Shown here piece by piece: positions 46,503 to 55,161 of a stretch of 64,000 bases of DNA. The stretch covers positions 196,068 through 260,067 of IMG/VR virus record IMGVR_UViG_3300017963_000190; one strand, given 5' to 3'. The notes below the pieces were generated by a model, which worked only from the letters and a program-made list of their open reading frames with translations, did not search any database and had not been told where the DNA came from. The stretch's first letter is position 1; each line of letters opens with the position of its first letter. Both the position numbers and the translations under genes were made by a program.

Positions 46503-47121
46503 CTATGCAGCTACTGTGCATGAAAACCTTTTGTGTGCACCGACGGTTTACGGGTTTGATGGTTTGGAAGAGCTGCGCGTGGCGGATCATCTTTTCCTGA
46601 CCTCCGGTAACGGATACAAGTGGGAGGCTGGGGAGCTCGTTGACAAATTCCCAGAGGAGTCCCCTCGTCCTTACTGGGGTACGTACATTAGGGATGTTCT
46701 CTATTTGTACTATGCGTACCAGGGGGTCCTTGTCGGGGAACCTAAGATGACCGACTCACTGCAAACTTTAATCTGCGTTGGGGAGCTTAAACAGTTTTCA
46801 GAAGAAGCCGCATTGCAGCGCTTCTTAGAAGAGGAAAGGGAGAAGGGACTCTCTTTCGCTCAGGTCTCCCCACGTTACAGTAGAGCCTTTAACGTTCCAG
46901 ACGATGTGAAACCAGATTGGCTAGACGCCATGATAGGTTTCTTGGAGATAGTGGTAGAAGCCCGTGCGGACATATTTAGTGTGCAGATGGAAAGTGCTGC
47001 TCAGCAGCAGGAGACTTGTAGGGAGCAGCTACAGAAGCTCAAGGGATTTCGTAAAGAGCGGAGTGAGTCAACTGTACGTGGGGCTGTTTGGCACCACAAC
47101 CTTCGTTGCGGGAATTTGTAG
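46495..47121 (+). CDS. hypothetical protein
   Basis: GAGGGGG SD. Confidence 0.55.
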   Translation: MASYAATVHENLLCAPTVYGFDGLEELRVADHLFLTSGNGYKWEAGELVDKFPEESPRPYWGTYIRDVLYLYYAYQGVLVGEPKMTDSLQTLICVGELKQFSEEAALQRFLEEEREKGLSFAQVSPRYSRAFNVPDDVKPDWLDAMIGFLEIVVEARADIFSVQMESAAQQQETCREQLQKLKGFRKERSESTVRGAVWHHNLRCGNL

Positions 47122-47470
47122 TGGCCACTGATTTAGACAGGCTGCATGAGGTAGCCAAGTGGGATCGCGTTCCAGGGGTCAGACCGTTTGTTCCACGTGG
47201 GGGCGGGGTAACCTATTATGACTGCCACTTGGTAGCAGGGGTAGTAAGCTTGGGCGAGGAAGCTGTCGCTTGTGTGGTGCCTGAGTATCGGTGGTTAGCT
47301 CATGTTTTACCGATGATGCGCGAAGTTTTTCAGGAAGCCGGCTTACCTTTTAAACGGACCTCACAATTAAGATTTGAATCCGGAGAAACGCTCATTCGCT
47401 TTGCAATATGCGCAAACCCTGATTTTGCTTTGCGCTTCTGCGGGTACACAGAAGCTATGGTATATTTCCG

Positions 47471-47839
47471 ATGAGCCGCAAGATGCAGACACCAATCCCT
47501 ATCGAATCTTATGCGCGTGAGGGGCGTAAACTACTAGCGCAGCCAGGAGGAGCTCGTCTGGCCTTGGAGTTCCTGCTTGATTGTCTGGAGCGCCACAAGG
47601 ATGAGCTGCGAGAACTGAGAACCGCACCTGCTCCGAAGACGCCAGCCTTGGCTGATTTGGGCCTTAGATTCGGTCAGATGAAAGAGGTGGTGGGAGAGCA
47701 GGTGGCAATTATGGAGCGGGCTCTAATTGTGGAGGCTCTTTATCGTACCGATGGGAATGCGACTAAGGCAGCAGAGCTTCTTGGGATAAGTCGTAAGGGT
47801 ATCCAGCTGAAGATGCAGTCTTTGGGGATCAAGCGGTAG
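47471..47839 (+). CDS. Fis/NtrC-type HTH_8 DNA-binding protein
   Basis: ERALIVEALYRTDGNATKAAELLGISRKGIQLKM. Confidence 0.85.
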   Translation: MSRKMQTPIPIESYAREGRKLLAQPGGARLALEFLLDCLERHKDELRELRTAPAPKTPALADLGLRFGQMKEVVGEQVAIMERALIVEALYRTDGNATKAAELLGISRKGIQLKMQSLGIKR

Positions 47840-47841
47840 AA

Positions 47842-47910
47842 AGGGCACGACGGGATTTGAACCCGCGTTGTCGGGGGCCTTAATCCTCGACAACCATCCA
47901 AAGCGCGCCC
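47842..47910 (-). ncRNA. D-armless tRNA-like RNA
   Basis: GGGCGCG/CGTGCCC acceptor; GCGGG-TTCAAAT-CCCGT T-arm; TTGTCG/CGACAA stem. Confidence 0.6.
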
Positions 47911-47953
47911 AAGCGGCCCGAGTGGTTGTACCCTCACACCCGGACCTAGTATT

Positions 47954-48114
47954 GCCAGTATATTCGAATCACCGATGGCATTTAAGCTGCTGCGTAAGGC
48001 ATTAAGTCTTGCGTGCTGTCTTTACACTACAAACCCATAAAGAGAGGGTTTGGCGGGAATCAAACCCGCACTTCAAGATAGTTTGTCGGCAGCGTTCGAG
48101 CCGGTGAAACTGGC
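47954..48114 (-). ncRNA. circularly permuted tRNA-like RNA (YrlA-type Y RNA candidate) 1
   Basis: Order is T-arm, loop-closed acceptor CAAACCC/GGGTTTG, D-arm, inside a long terminal stem. Confidence 0.65.
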
Positions 48115-48144
48115 GAATGCTTAGTTTTGGAGAATAGCTTGACG

Positions 48145-48360
48145 TTCAGTTCGGGCATCTATAAAGCCTCGACAGCCGTCTGCATCAGACACGACGACCG
48201 CGTTTACCAGATTTCGCCACCCGTACGCAAAGTAATGGGGCTGGGAGGCGCATCGCGTCTCCACTGTTTAAGCGCATCGCGTCTAAACGCCCCGATTGTA
48301 CGGGGAAGGGTTCGAACCTCCAAGTCGAGTTTGGTGTGCTTCATAATCATCGCCCTTGAG
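48145..48360 (-). ncRNA. circularly permuted tRNA-like RNA (YrlA-type candidate) 2
   Basis: T-arm, CCCGTAC/GTACGGG acceptor with inserted hairpins, Leu-like D-arm TGGCGAAATCTGGTAAACGC. Confidence 0.65.
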
Positions 48361-48398
48361 ATTCCTGCTTAAGTTAAGCTTGTCTCCATCCTAAGCCG

Positions 48399-48632
48399 TT
48401 ATGTGTTTTTTACCACCTCTCTAGTCCAGCGAAGAGCTCCAAGCTCTAGTTGGTTTTCTGATTCCTTTACATCCGCTTGCTCCCCAGCAGCAATGCGCTG
48501 GGAATAGGACAGACCATCTTTGGCCATCTGCAGCTGGCTCTTCACTTCCACCTCCAGCTGCTTGATGCGCCGGTCGAGGAAAAAGAGAGCTCGCTCTTTG
48601 GACACTGTGGGATCGATGTTTTCTGCGGACAT
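48399..48632 (-). CDS. coiled-coil hypothetical protein
   Basis: Collinear operon; AGGAG SD. Confidence 0.55.
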   Translation of the reverse strand: MSAENIDPTVSKERALFFLDRRIKQLEVEVKSQLQMAKDGLSYSQRIAAGEQADVKESENQLELGALRWTREVVKNT

Positions 48633-48633
48633 G

Positions 48634-48825
48634 TTATCTCCTGGAACTTACTCTGCACTGCCCGGCTTGATGATAGGTACCACACTCACTGCAATAACTT
48701 ACTCTAAAGTCGCTTTGCTTTCGGCTTAACCGATCAAGCTCACGTTCAAGGCGTGATACCGTTGCCTCTAGTTCTGCTACCCTTTTCTCCAGCAGTGCGC
48801 TGTTCTCTTTTTGTTGATCCGCCAT
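48634..48825 (-). CDS. hypothetical protein
   Basis: Coiled coil + CSEC. Confidence 0.5.
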   Translation of the reverse strand: MADQQKENSALLEKRVAELEATVSRLERELDRLSRKQSDFRVSYCSECGTYHQAGQCRVSSRR

Positions 48826-48827
48826 AG

Positions 48828-49562
48828 CTAGCCTAGCAGATATCCGAAGACCGCTTCTCCCACCGATTTCGCTGGAGCCTCTACCGAGTTCGCTTCCTCC
48901 CTGGCGAATTTGATCGCCTTGAGCAAAGCCTGCACCCTTTTCTGGAGCTCCTTCTTTCGCGCGGCAGTTACCGCCCCAGAGTGTTTTACAGTGACCCAGT
49001 GTCCTACGACCTGATCCTCCGTGATCAACTGCGTCTGGGCTGGGTGGTTATCTGTGGCATCATAAAGCACGATTGGCTTTTGGACCTTCTTTGTACGCGT
49101 CGTACGCTGCGCTGTGGACTTGAACAAGCTTGTTGCAGGGTCTTCCGTCCAGTCGTAGGCTGGGTCCAGCACAGGCAAGTGCTCGATGGCCGTGTTGAGA
49201 TCGGTTACTTGCTTCTCCAGAAATAGCAGGTGCGTCGCCGGAACAGCCTTCAGAATGGTGACACCACCAACCACGACGTCGGCTTTGGCCTCGCAGTTTG
49301 CATGGTCCTTGGCTGCCACCACGTCGAAGTGTTCAGTCATGGATTCGGCGATATCTTGCAGAACTTGCTCAGCGTTTAGCTGGACAAGTTTCTTTTCGTC
49401 TGGCAGCTCCTCCCCTTCTTCATCGGTTTTCTCGAAGGTTTTTGCGAAGCCGTCAAAGAGCGCCGGTTTCTGGATGGACTTATAGAGCTCGGTGACGAGT
49501 TTGTACACCCGGCTCTTGATGCCTTTTTCTACTGCGATCACTTGGTGCAGCTTAGTTGCCAT
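48828..49562 (-). CDS. conserved hypothetical protein (KLxQxIAVEKG family)
   Basis: MATKLHQVIAVEKG...VPATHLLFLEKQ...HPAQ...AIKFAREEAN; recognised as a widespread bacterial family of unknown function. Confidence 0.75.
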   Translation of the reverse strand: MATKLHQVIAVEKGIKSRVYKLVTELYKSIQKPALFDGFAKTFEKTDEEGEELPDEKKLVQLNAEQVLQDIAESMTEHFDVVAAKDHANCEAKADVVVGGVTILKAVPATHLLFLEKQVTDLNTAIEHLPVLDPAYDWTEDPATSLFKSTAQRTTRTKKVQKPIVLYDATDNHPAQTQLITEDQVVGHWVTVKHSGAVTAARKKELQKRVQALLKAIKFAREEANSVEAPAKSVGEAVFGYLLG

Positions 49563-49607
49563 GATAATGTTTCTCCAATCAGTTTGAATTTGACATTGTC
49601 AAGCTCA

Positions 49608-49636
49608 TTTATAAGCCGACGTTTGCCTGCTGTCAA
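49608..49636 (-). promoter_or_regulatory. sigma70 promoter
   Basis: TTGACA-17 nt-TATAAA on the minus strand. Confidence 0.7.
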
Positions 49637-49665
49637 GCAACACATGCAATTATTTTACAAGTTGA

Positions 49666-49738
49666 CGCGGACAGAAGTAATCGAAACTTCAACTGCGTGA
49701 CCCTTAACCACACTGTGATACCTTTTCACCATGTCCGC
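49666..49738 (-). ncRNA. atypical tRNA-like RNA (loop TTAAGGG)
   Basis: GCGGACA/TGTCCGC acceptor, D-arm, T-arm GAAGT-TTCGATT-ACTTC. Confidence 0.6.
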
Positions 49739-49743
49739 AAAAT

Positions 49744-49837
49744 TGCCGGGGACAGGACTTGAACCTGTAGTCGTCTGCGCAAGGGAACGTCTTCCCCATT
49801 GCTCTGAAACGAGTTCTGCCAGTTGAACTACCCCGAC
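49744..49837 (-). ncRNA. tRNA-like RNA with an enlarged anticodon arm
   Basis: Canonical acceptor, D- and T-arms; ~40-nt extended anticodon-arm hairpin. Confidence 0.65.
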
Positions 49838-49840
49838 GAG

Positions 49841-49915
49841 TGGTCGGTGAGGAATCGAACCTCATACAAGGAAGGCACGTATTCGTACCAACACCTGCAG
49901 CTCCACAGCCCGACC
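49841..49915 (-). ncRNA. D-armless tRNA-like RNA
   Basis: GGTCGG/CCGACC-A acceptor; TGAGG-TTCGATT-CCTCA T-arm. Confidence 0.55.
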
Positions 49916-49921
49916 GAGTTA

Positions 49922-50453
49922 TCATGCGTTCACCTTCCTCCATTTCGTCCACACTTCGTGCAGCGTTTTCCAGATGGATGGGCGCACTGGGACGTACTTC
50001 TCCCGTACCTCCTTCTGGATCTTGTCTACACGCTGCTGATGGATCCGTCGCTTGTCTTTGATGAGCTCTTCTTGGCGTTGGGTAAACTCCAGGAAGCTCC
50101 CCATGCTGACCAACGGGATGTTGCTGAGGTACTTGCCGCGGACGCTCTTGGGCCCAGGCTCCAGGCCGATGGCCATGAGCTGGCCGCCATACTCACCATG
50201 GGACTCTTCCACACGATGGATGGGGACCTTCAGCGCTTCGAGGTTACGAGCTAGCCGGCGTAGGAGCCGCTCGTTCTCGATGCCTACGACGACAGCGTAG
50301 GTGCCTGGAGAGAGGTCTCCTGGCGACGATTCCCCGGCGGCGTGCACGAGCTGGGCACATGCTAGCCCTACTGGGATATCGGTTCTGACGACACAATAAT
50401 GGGTTGTGGGATCAAAGGGAGGGGGCTGACTGTCAAGGGTTACGGCGCATCAT
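49922..50453 (-). CDS. Pth2-like peptidyl-tRNA hydrolase, probably expressed by +1 frameshift
   Basis: THYCVVRTDIPVGLACAQLVHAA lies upstream of the called GTG with no in-frame start; the SD-ATG opens MMRRNP-TGA in another frame. Confidence 0.7.
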
Positions 50454-50490
50454 GCATTCCTTTGGTAGGTGTTCTTGTTCTGTAGCAGCC

Positions 50491-50519
50491 AGTCTAAGCA
50501 TCTGGCCCCAGGAAGTCAA
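50491..50519 (-). promoter_or_regulatory. sigma70 promoter of the Pth2-like operon
   Basis: TTGACT-17 nt-TAGACT. Confidence 0.65.
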
Positions 50520-50568
50520 GCATCTTTTTGAAGTTATTCTTAAGTAATGCAATTTGTGAGGAAATTTT

Positions 50569-51372
50569 ATGGTACCTACTATGATCGTGAGCGTCACTCT
50601 GTCTATTTTGACGCTCACACCCACACCAACATGGAACTTTGCAGTAATAGGCGACACGCAAGCTAACCCGCGGATCTTCGATCGAGCCATCGCCGACATT
50701 AAGAAAAGGAGGCCAGACTTTGCGGTCCACCTAGGGGACATGGGCTACTGCGGGAGCTACAACTTCTGGAACCGTCACCGCCGGCTCATGAAAGCGTCGG
50801 GCGTCCCCTGGAAGGTCGTGCTGGGCAACCATGAGCTTTACCAATGCGACCCCAATTTATCCAGATACTCGAAGGCGCGCTGGCTTCGCTACTGGTATAA
50901 TGACGGTGGGGCAGCTTACAGATCTTTCACACATAAGGGGATCAGGTTCCTGCTGCTTGACACAGCCAACGTATGGACGCCGCTGGCTCAGAACCTGTTC
51001 TTGCGCAAGTACCTGTCGAGCTCGAATACGGTATTCATGTTCGGCCACCGTCCCCTTCCGTACCCCCACAACCCCAAATTCACTTTCGCCGGAGGAAAGC
51101 GTTGGGTGTGGTACCGGTACATGGGACCCTCTCGACATGGCTGGGCCGGTATTCAAATGTGGAAATTAATCTACCGTTACCGCTCAAAGATCAAAGCCTA
51201 TTTTCATGGTCATCACCATAGCCGTATCGATTATAAATTGAACGGTGTCAATGTGCATTGTACAGCAGGTGGGGGAGGTAACCTAGAAACTAGCAAGGAC
51301 ATCTTCCATTATCTGATGGTGCATGTGAACGGCAGGCGGTACTCCGTAAAAACGATCCCACTGGGGAACTGA
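50569..51372 (+). CDS. secreted calcineurin-like metallophosphoesterase
   Basis: GDTQ, LGDM, GNHE, HGHHH; N-terminal hydrophobic segment. Confidence 0.88.
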   Translation: MVPTMIVSVTLSILTLTPTPTWNFAVIGDTQANPRIFDRAIADIKKRRPDFAVHLGDMGYCGSYNFWNRHRRLMKASGVPWKVVLGNHELYQCDPNLSRYSKARWLRYWYNDGGAAYRSFTHKGIRFLLLDTANVWTPLAQNLFLRKYLSSSNTVFMFGHRPLPYPHNPKFTFAGGKRWVWYRYMGPSRHGWAGIQMWKLIYRYRSKIKAYFHGHHHSRIDYKLNGVNVHCTAGGGGNLETSKDIFHYLMVHVNGRRYSVKTIPLGN

Positions 51373-51413
51373 TTTTGATGGTTAGTTTTTAGTAATTTAC
51401 CGGAGAAGCTGTA

Positions 51414-52973
51414 ATGTCAGTCAAGGTGACCAACAGAACACGTTCCGTTTTGTCTATTCCCAGCCCGATTGGGGACAACCTTCGGTCAGGAGAATCTAAA
51501 GTCTATCCGTACGTGGAATGGGATGCGGCTATTAATGATTCGCGTATACGTCGTTTGCTGGCCAAGCATCGTATCTCTGTGGATAATCTTGATTCTTGTC
51601 CGCAAACCGATGTTACCTCAGGCCCTCTCGATATTTACGTGGATGCAGCCCTGGGAAGTGATTCTGTGGGCGAGGGGACTTTAAACAGCCCGTACGCCAC
51701 ACCAACACGCGGGATGCTGGATGTTCCAGAGATTATACGACACAAAGTCCATGTCCATATTGCTGCGGGCACTTACACTGATTTTCCCGATCGTGTTCAG
51801 TACATGATCGAAAGTGATGGGCAGTTAACGATTGAAGGAACAGGGGCACCCACTACTGTGTACGGCCCATTTGCCATTACCAACTATTCCATGCATACCT
51901 CTTGGACGCATTCAATTATCCAAGTAGCTGCAGCCGGATGGGCGGTCGATCAGTTTTATGGGAAATGGGTATTCTTTACCAGCGGAACAGCTGCGGGTTT
52001 TGTCCTCCCCGTCCACTCCAATACAGCCGACACAATTATCACAAATCCAGCTTGGTCTTGGATTGTTGGCGCCATTGCTCCAGGAGATACCTTTGAGATA
52101 GTTGACCCCCCTGCGATTATCTCGGTTAATCATCCTATCGAATTTGAGCTGCTTAATCATTCATTCGCTGCTCTTCCTACAGCTCCCCATAGAGCCGCAA
52201 ACTCCAAGATGGGTATTGGATCTATTAAATTCGAGACTTCAGCCACGTACGCTAATACACCATTTTCGATTACAGGTGGCAGCAATGTCTGTGATTTCGT
52301 CACGTTCCAGGTTCCAGAGGTTCCTGATTGGTGGAATCCCGTACGCGCGTTCAATACACAAGATGCAGAAATCAATATGATTGGGTTGGCCGATCCCAGC
52401 GGATTCGATAATCCATTTCTCAATGTGGGGATGAGCCGCATTCAGGCAGCGGTGGGAACGACGCCAGTGGTGTCTGGTTTCGACTATATTGCTGTGTATA
52501 TAAATAATTCTCAGGTCTTGGGTTTGTGTACGCGCGTCATTGTACAGCTGAGAAAATTCTGCTACCTAGCGGAGGCATGCATTCCACGACTCGTTCTGTT
52601 CTGGAATGTCCGCGCACAAATGGCCACCGTCTATGTAAACAATCATGGGCTGGGGGCTGGGCCGGCTGTAACCTGTAACGACCATACTACATCCTCTTAC
52701 TACACGATGTACATCGAAGATATAGGAGGATCTAGTGCAATGGTGGGTGCTGCCTGCACACGCATGCTGCTGTACGCTGTGACTGGTAATACGGCCAACA
52801 TTCCCAACTACGCGTTGGAGCTACAGCATATTTGTCAGGTCAGTCGTTATTCCAGCACCACGATTAGCGGCACTACCAACGACGTTTATTTTGTTGTCAC
52901 CTCAACTGCTGCTGCATGGCCTGCGGTATCGACGACAGATAATGCTGGCTCTTTCGTTACCACGATTCCATAG
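51414..52973 (+). CDS. putative virion fibre / decoration protein
   Basis: IYVDAALGSD...PYAT; beta-rich composition; lower GC. Confidence 0.6.
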   Translation: MSVKVTNRTRSVLSIPSPIGDNLRSGESKVYPYVEWDAAINDSRIRRLLAKHRISVDNLDSCPQTDVTSGPLDIYVDAALGSDSVGEGTLNSPYATPTRGMLDVPEIIRHKVHVHIAAGTYTDFPDRVQYMIESDGQLTIEGTGAPTTVYGPFAITNYSMHTSWTHSIIQVAAAGWAVDQFYGKWVFFTSGTAAGFVLPVHSNTADTIITNPAWSWIVGAIAPGDTFEIVDPPAIISVNHPIEFELLNHSFAALPTAPHRAANSKMGIGSIKFETSATYANTPFSITGGSNVCDFVTFQVPEVPDWWNPVRAFNTQDAEINMIGLADPSGFDNPFLNVGMSRIQAAVGTTPVVSGFDYIAVYINNSQVLGLCTRVIVQLRKFCYLAEACIPRLVLFWNVRAQMATVYVNNHGLGAGPAVTCNDHTTSSYYTMYIEDIGGSSAMVGAACTRMLLYAVTGNTANIPNYALELQHICQVSRYSSTTISGTTNDVYFVVTSTAAAWPAVSTTDNAGSFVTTIP

Positions 52974-52983
52974 GGGATAAGAC

Positions 52984-53163
52984 ATGACTACTAGAGAAGA
53001 GGTTATAGAGCACATTCGTGAAAGGCTTTTGGTCGAGTTCGGTCCTTATGAAGCTGATATCGTTGCAGAATTTGGGCAAGATATGTACGATGCTTTAGTC
53101 GCAGATGAGCTGCCCAAGGCGGAAGAGATTTTGGTAGTCCGCTTCGTTCGAGCTCTTCCTTAA
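52984..53163 (+). CDS. small acidic protein (possible fibre chaperone)
   Basis: 59-aa ORF with AGGGGG SD directly after the fibre-like gene. Confidence 0.45.
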   Translation: MTTREEVIEHIRERLLVEFGPYEADIVAEFGQDMYDALVADELPKAEEILVVRFVRALP

Positions 53164-53171
53164 TATTTTCC

Positions 53172-53200
53172 TTGACAGCAGCATCCTTGCTGCTTATCCT
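53172..53200 (+). promoter_or_regulatory. sigma70 promoter for tRNA-Arg
   Basis: TTGACA-17 nt-TATCCT. Confidence 0.65.
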
Positions 53201-53211
53201 ACCAACACTAC

Positions 53212-53284
53212 ACCCTCGTAGTCTAATTGGAGAGACATCGGATTTCTACTCCGGTTCATGCGGGTTCGAGTCCCGCCGAGGGTT
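53212..53284 (+). tRNA. tRNA-Arg(TCT)
   Basis: TT TCT AC loop. Confidence 0.88.
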
Positions 53285-53376
53285 CGTTAGCAACCATTAA
53301 CTTGGAGCTCTACCATGCTTCGCCTTACTAGATCTGAGCAGCAAAGTACTATCGTGATTCTCGATGGTCGAATAGG

Positions 53377-54327
53377 ATGCTCAACGAAAAGGAGATCAGC
53401 ATGGGCAACGAGACCAACGTCAACGTCGACAACCTGAAGAGGGCTTTCGAGCGCATCGGCGCTCGCCTCGAAGTCACTGAGCTCGCCGCGGAGCGCCACA
53501 ACCGTCCGGTCAAGGACTGGCGCACCAAGAAGCTTTTCCACTGGCGGAAGGTTGATCCATTCTCCGCAAACGTGCGAAATGATGAGCTCGGTGAGCACTT
53601 CACCATGCGCATTGGGGACAATTCCATGGTTCCCGATGGCGCTTCCTCCACCGAGACCCCGGACCTGACGAAGATCCAGGTGCTCGATGTGCAACCCAAA
53701 GACAGGCATCTCCTCCTGCAGGTGGTTCTCGGCGAAGGCCGTGACATGCAGGTGGACAAGCTGCTCATGGGGCACGACGAGCGCCACTGGTTCATCGCCC
53801 GGTCCAACGGGTCCACCGTTCAAGAGGCCAAGGAAAACCTCAAGCCCGAGCTCGTACGCGAGCGTCAGAAGCGCAAGAAGGTCAAGCGGTCCAAGCGCAA
53901 CAAGCGCAAGAACGCTGCCTTCATCCGCCAGGGTGAGTGGTTCTTCATGCCGGAGCCGGATTTCTACCCGGACAAACGTGCCATCGTTACCAAGAATGAG
54001 CCACTGCGGCGGGGAGCTGGCAAGCCGCACATGGCCGAGGAGTGCTGCCGCATCGGTGGCCAGACGGTCATGTTCAACCGCAAGCATGCTCCCAACGGGA
54101 TCTCCATGGACGCGTACAACAAGCTGCGCAACGAAAAGGACCCCGGTGAGCTCAACAAAGACGGCCCGTGGCAACAGATGACGCGGGACGCGATGGTGTA
54201 TGTGCGCGGCAAGGTGCGCCACCCCGACCACAAGACCTTGAAGCTCAAGGGCTGGCATCAGGTGGTGCCCAACACCGAGCAGGTGCGTGTGCGCGGGCGT
54301 CTGCAAACCGTGGCTTTCTTGGACTAG
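53377..54327 (+). CDS. conserved hypothetical protein, GC-rich codon usage
   Basis: GHDERHWF...RQGEWFF...HPDHKTL. Confidence 0.75.
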   Translation: MLNEKEISMGNETNVNVDNLKRAFERIGARLEVTELAAERHNRPVKDWRTKKLFHWRKVDPFSANVRNDELGEHFTMRIGDNSMVPDGASSTETPDLTKIQVLDVQPKDRHLLLQVVLGEGRDMQVDKLLMGHDERHWFIARSNGSTVQEAKENLKPELVRERQKRKKVKRSKRNKRKNAAFIRQGEWFFMPEPDFYPDKRAIVTKNEPLRRGAGKPHMAEECCRIGGQTVMFNRKHAPNGISMDAYNKLRNEKDPGELNKDGPWQQMTRDAMVYVRGKVRHPDHKTLKLKGWHQVVPNTEQVRVRGRLQTVAFLD

Positions 54328-54384
54328 TTCATTTTTTCCATGCCCCAACTTGACAGCGTCAAAGCAGGCGTTTAGAGTTGGGGC

Positions 54385-54795
54385 ATGGAACCTACAGTCC
54401 CAGATTTAACTGTCGAGGTTTTTCTTTCGGCTGCTACCAGCATGCCTAACGCGTATTTGGATGAGAAGGAGTTCAGTCACATTTACGTGCGCAAGGGGCC
54501 GCGGGCGGTCATTTTTCCAGACGGTGCCCAAACTTTCGATGTAGTGTTTCAGGTGGCGCGCGTTGAAGCAAAGAAACCTGGTGACGGAGCACTGCGAAGA
54601 ATTATCGAACGCGTTGATCGTTTCAGCAGTTCTTCGTTACCTATTTACGTGGAGAACCTTTTCAACGAGGACGCCGTGCAGGGACTGCTGGCTTCGGATT
54701 TAGGCTTCGAGTTAGTTGATGTACCCATCAGTCCAGCTCCTTGTCTTTTTCGCGCGGCACCTTGTAAAATACAGGAGAGCGGCGAGCAACCTTGA
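54385..54795 (+). CDS. hypothetical protein (GNAT-like remnant?)
   Basis: Follows promoter TTGACA-17-TAGAGT (54350-54378). Confidence 0.5.
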   Translation: MEPTVPDLTVEVFLSAATSMPNAYLDEKEFSHIYVRKGPRAVIFPDGAQTFDVVFQVARVEAKKPGDGALRRIIERVDRFSSSSLPIYVENLFNEDAVQGLLASDLGFELVDVPISPAPCLFRAAPCKIQESGEQP

Positions 54796-54820
54796 CAAAC
54801 GCAGGTGTGCTGGCTACAGT
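54792..54820 (+). promoter_or_regulatory. sigma70 promoter of the ncRNA cluster
   Basis: TTGACA-17 nt-TACAGT. Confidence 0.7.
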
Positions 54821-54828
54821 TAAAGCAT

Positions 54829-55082
54829 TCCGCCTCCCTCTGGGATCCTGGCGGCGCGCTTACGCTACCGGATGAGCGAGGAGCCAAAAACGTGGGCCGA
54901 TCCTTGGCTGGTAGTTCGCGTGAAAATTAAAGTAAAGATCCCAGCGGCGCCTACGTCGAGAAGTGGGTCCTTGCTTGGAGGAGTCAAGGGTCACTTAAAG
55001 CCTCCCACGTGGTCCCGCCTGCTGGGCCTTAATTGACGGCAGGTAGTCCCGCTACAGCAGCGTGCACCTGCTTTGGTGGGGC
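54829..55082 (+). ncRNA. structured ncRNA candidate
   Basis: CTGGGATC/GATCCCAG stem; ACGTGGG/CCCACGT long-range pair; no credible ORF. Confidence 0.5.
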
Positions 55083-55086
55083 GCTT

Positions 55087-55157
55087 TCCGGCGTCGTCTA
55101 ACGGCAGGACGGCGGGTTCTGGCCCCGCAAATCGAGGTTCGAGTCCTCGCGTCGGAA
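55087..55157 (+). tRNA. tRNA-Gln(CTG)
   Basis: TT CTG GC loop; U1-A72. Confidence 0.9.
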
Positions 55158-55161
55158 TTGA

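Noticed and set aside
53287-54348. 353-aa minus-strand ORF
   Set aside because: Shadow ORF of the GC-rich plus-strand gene 53377-54327
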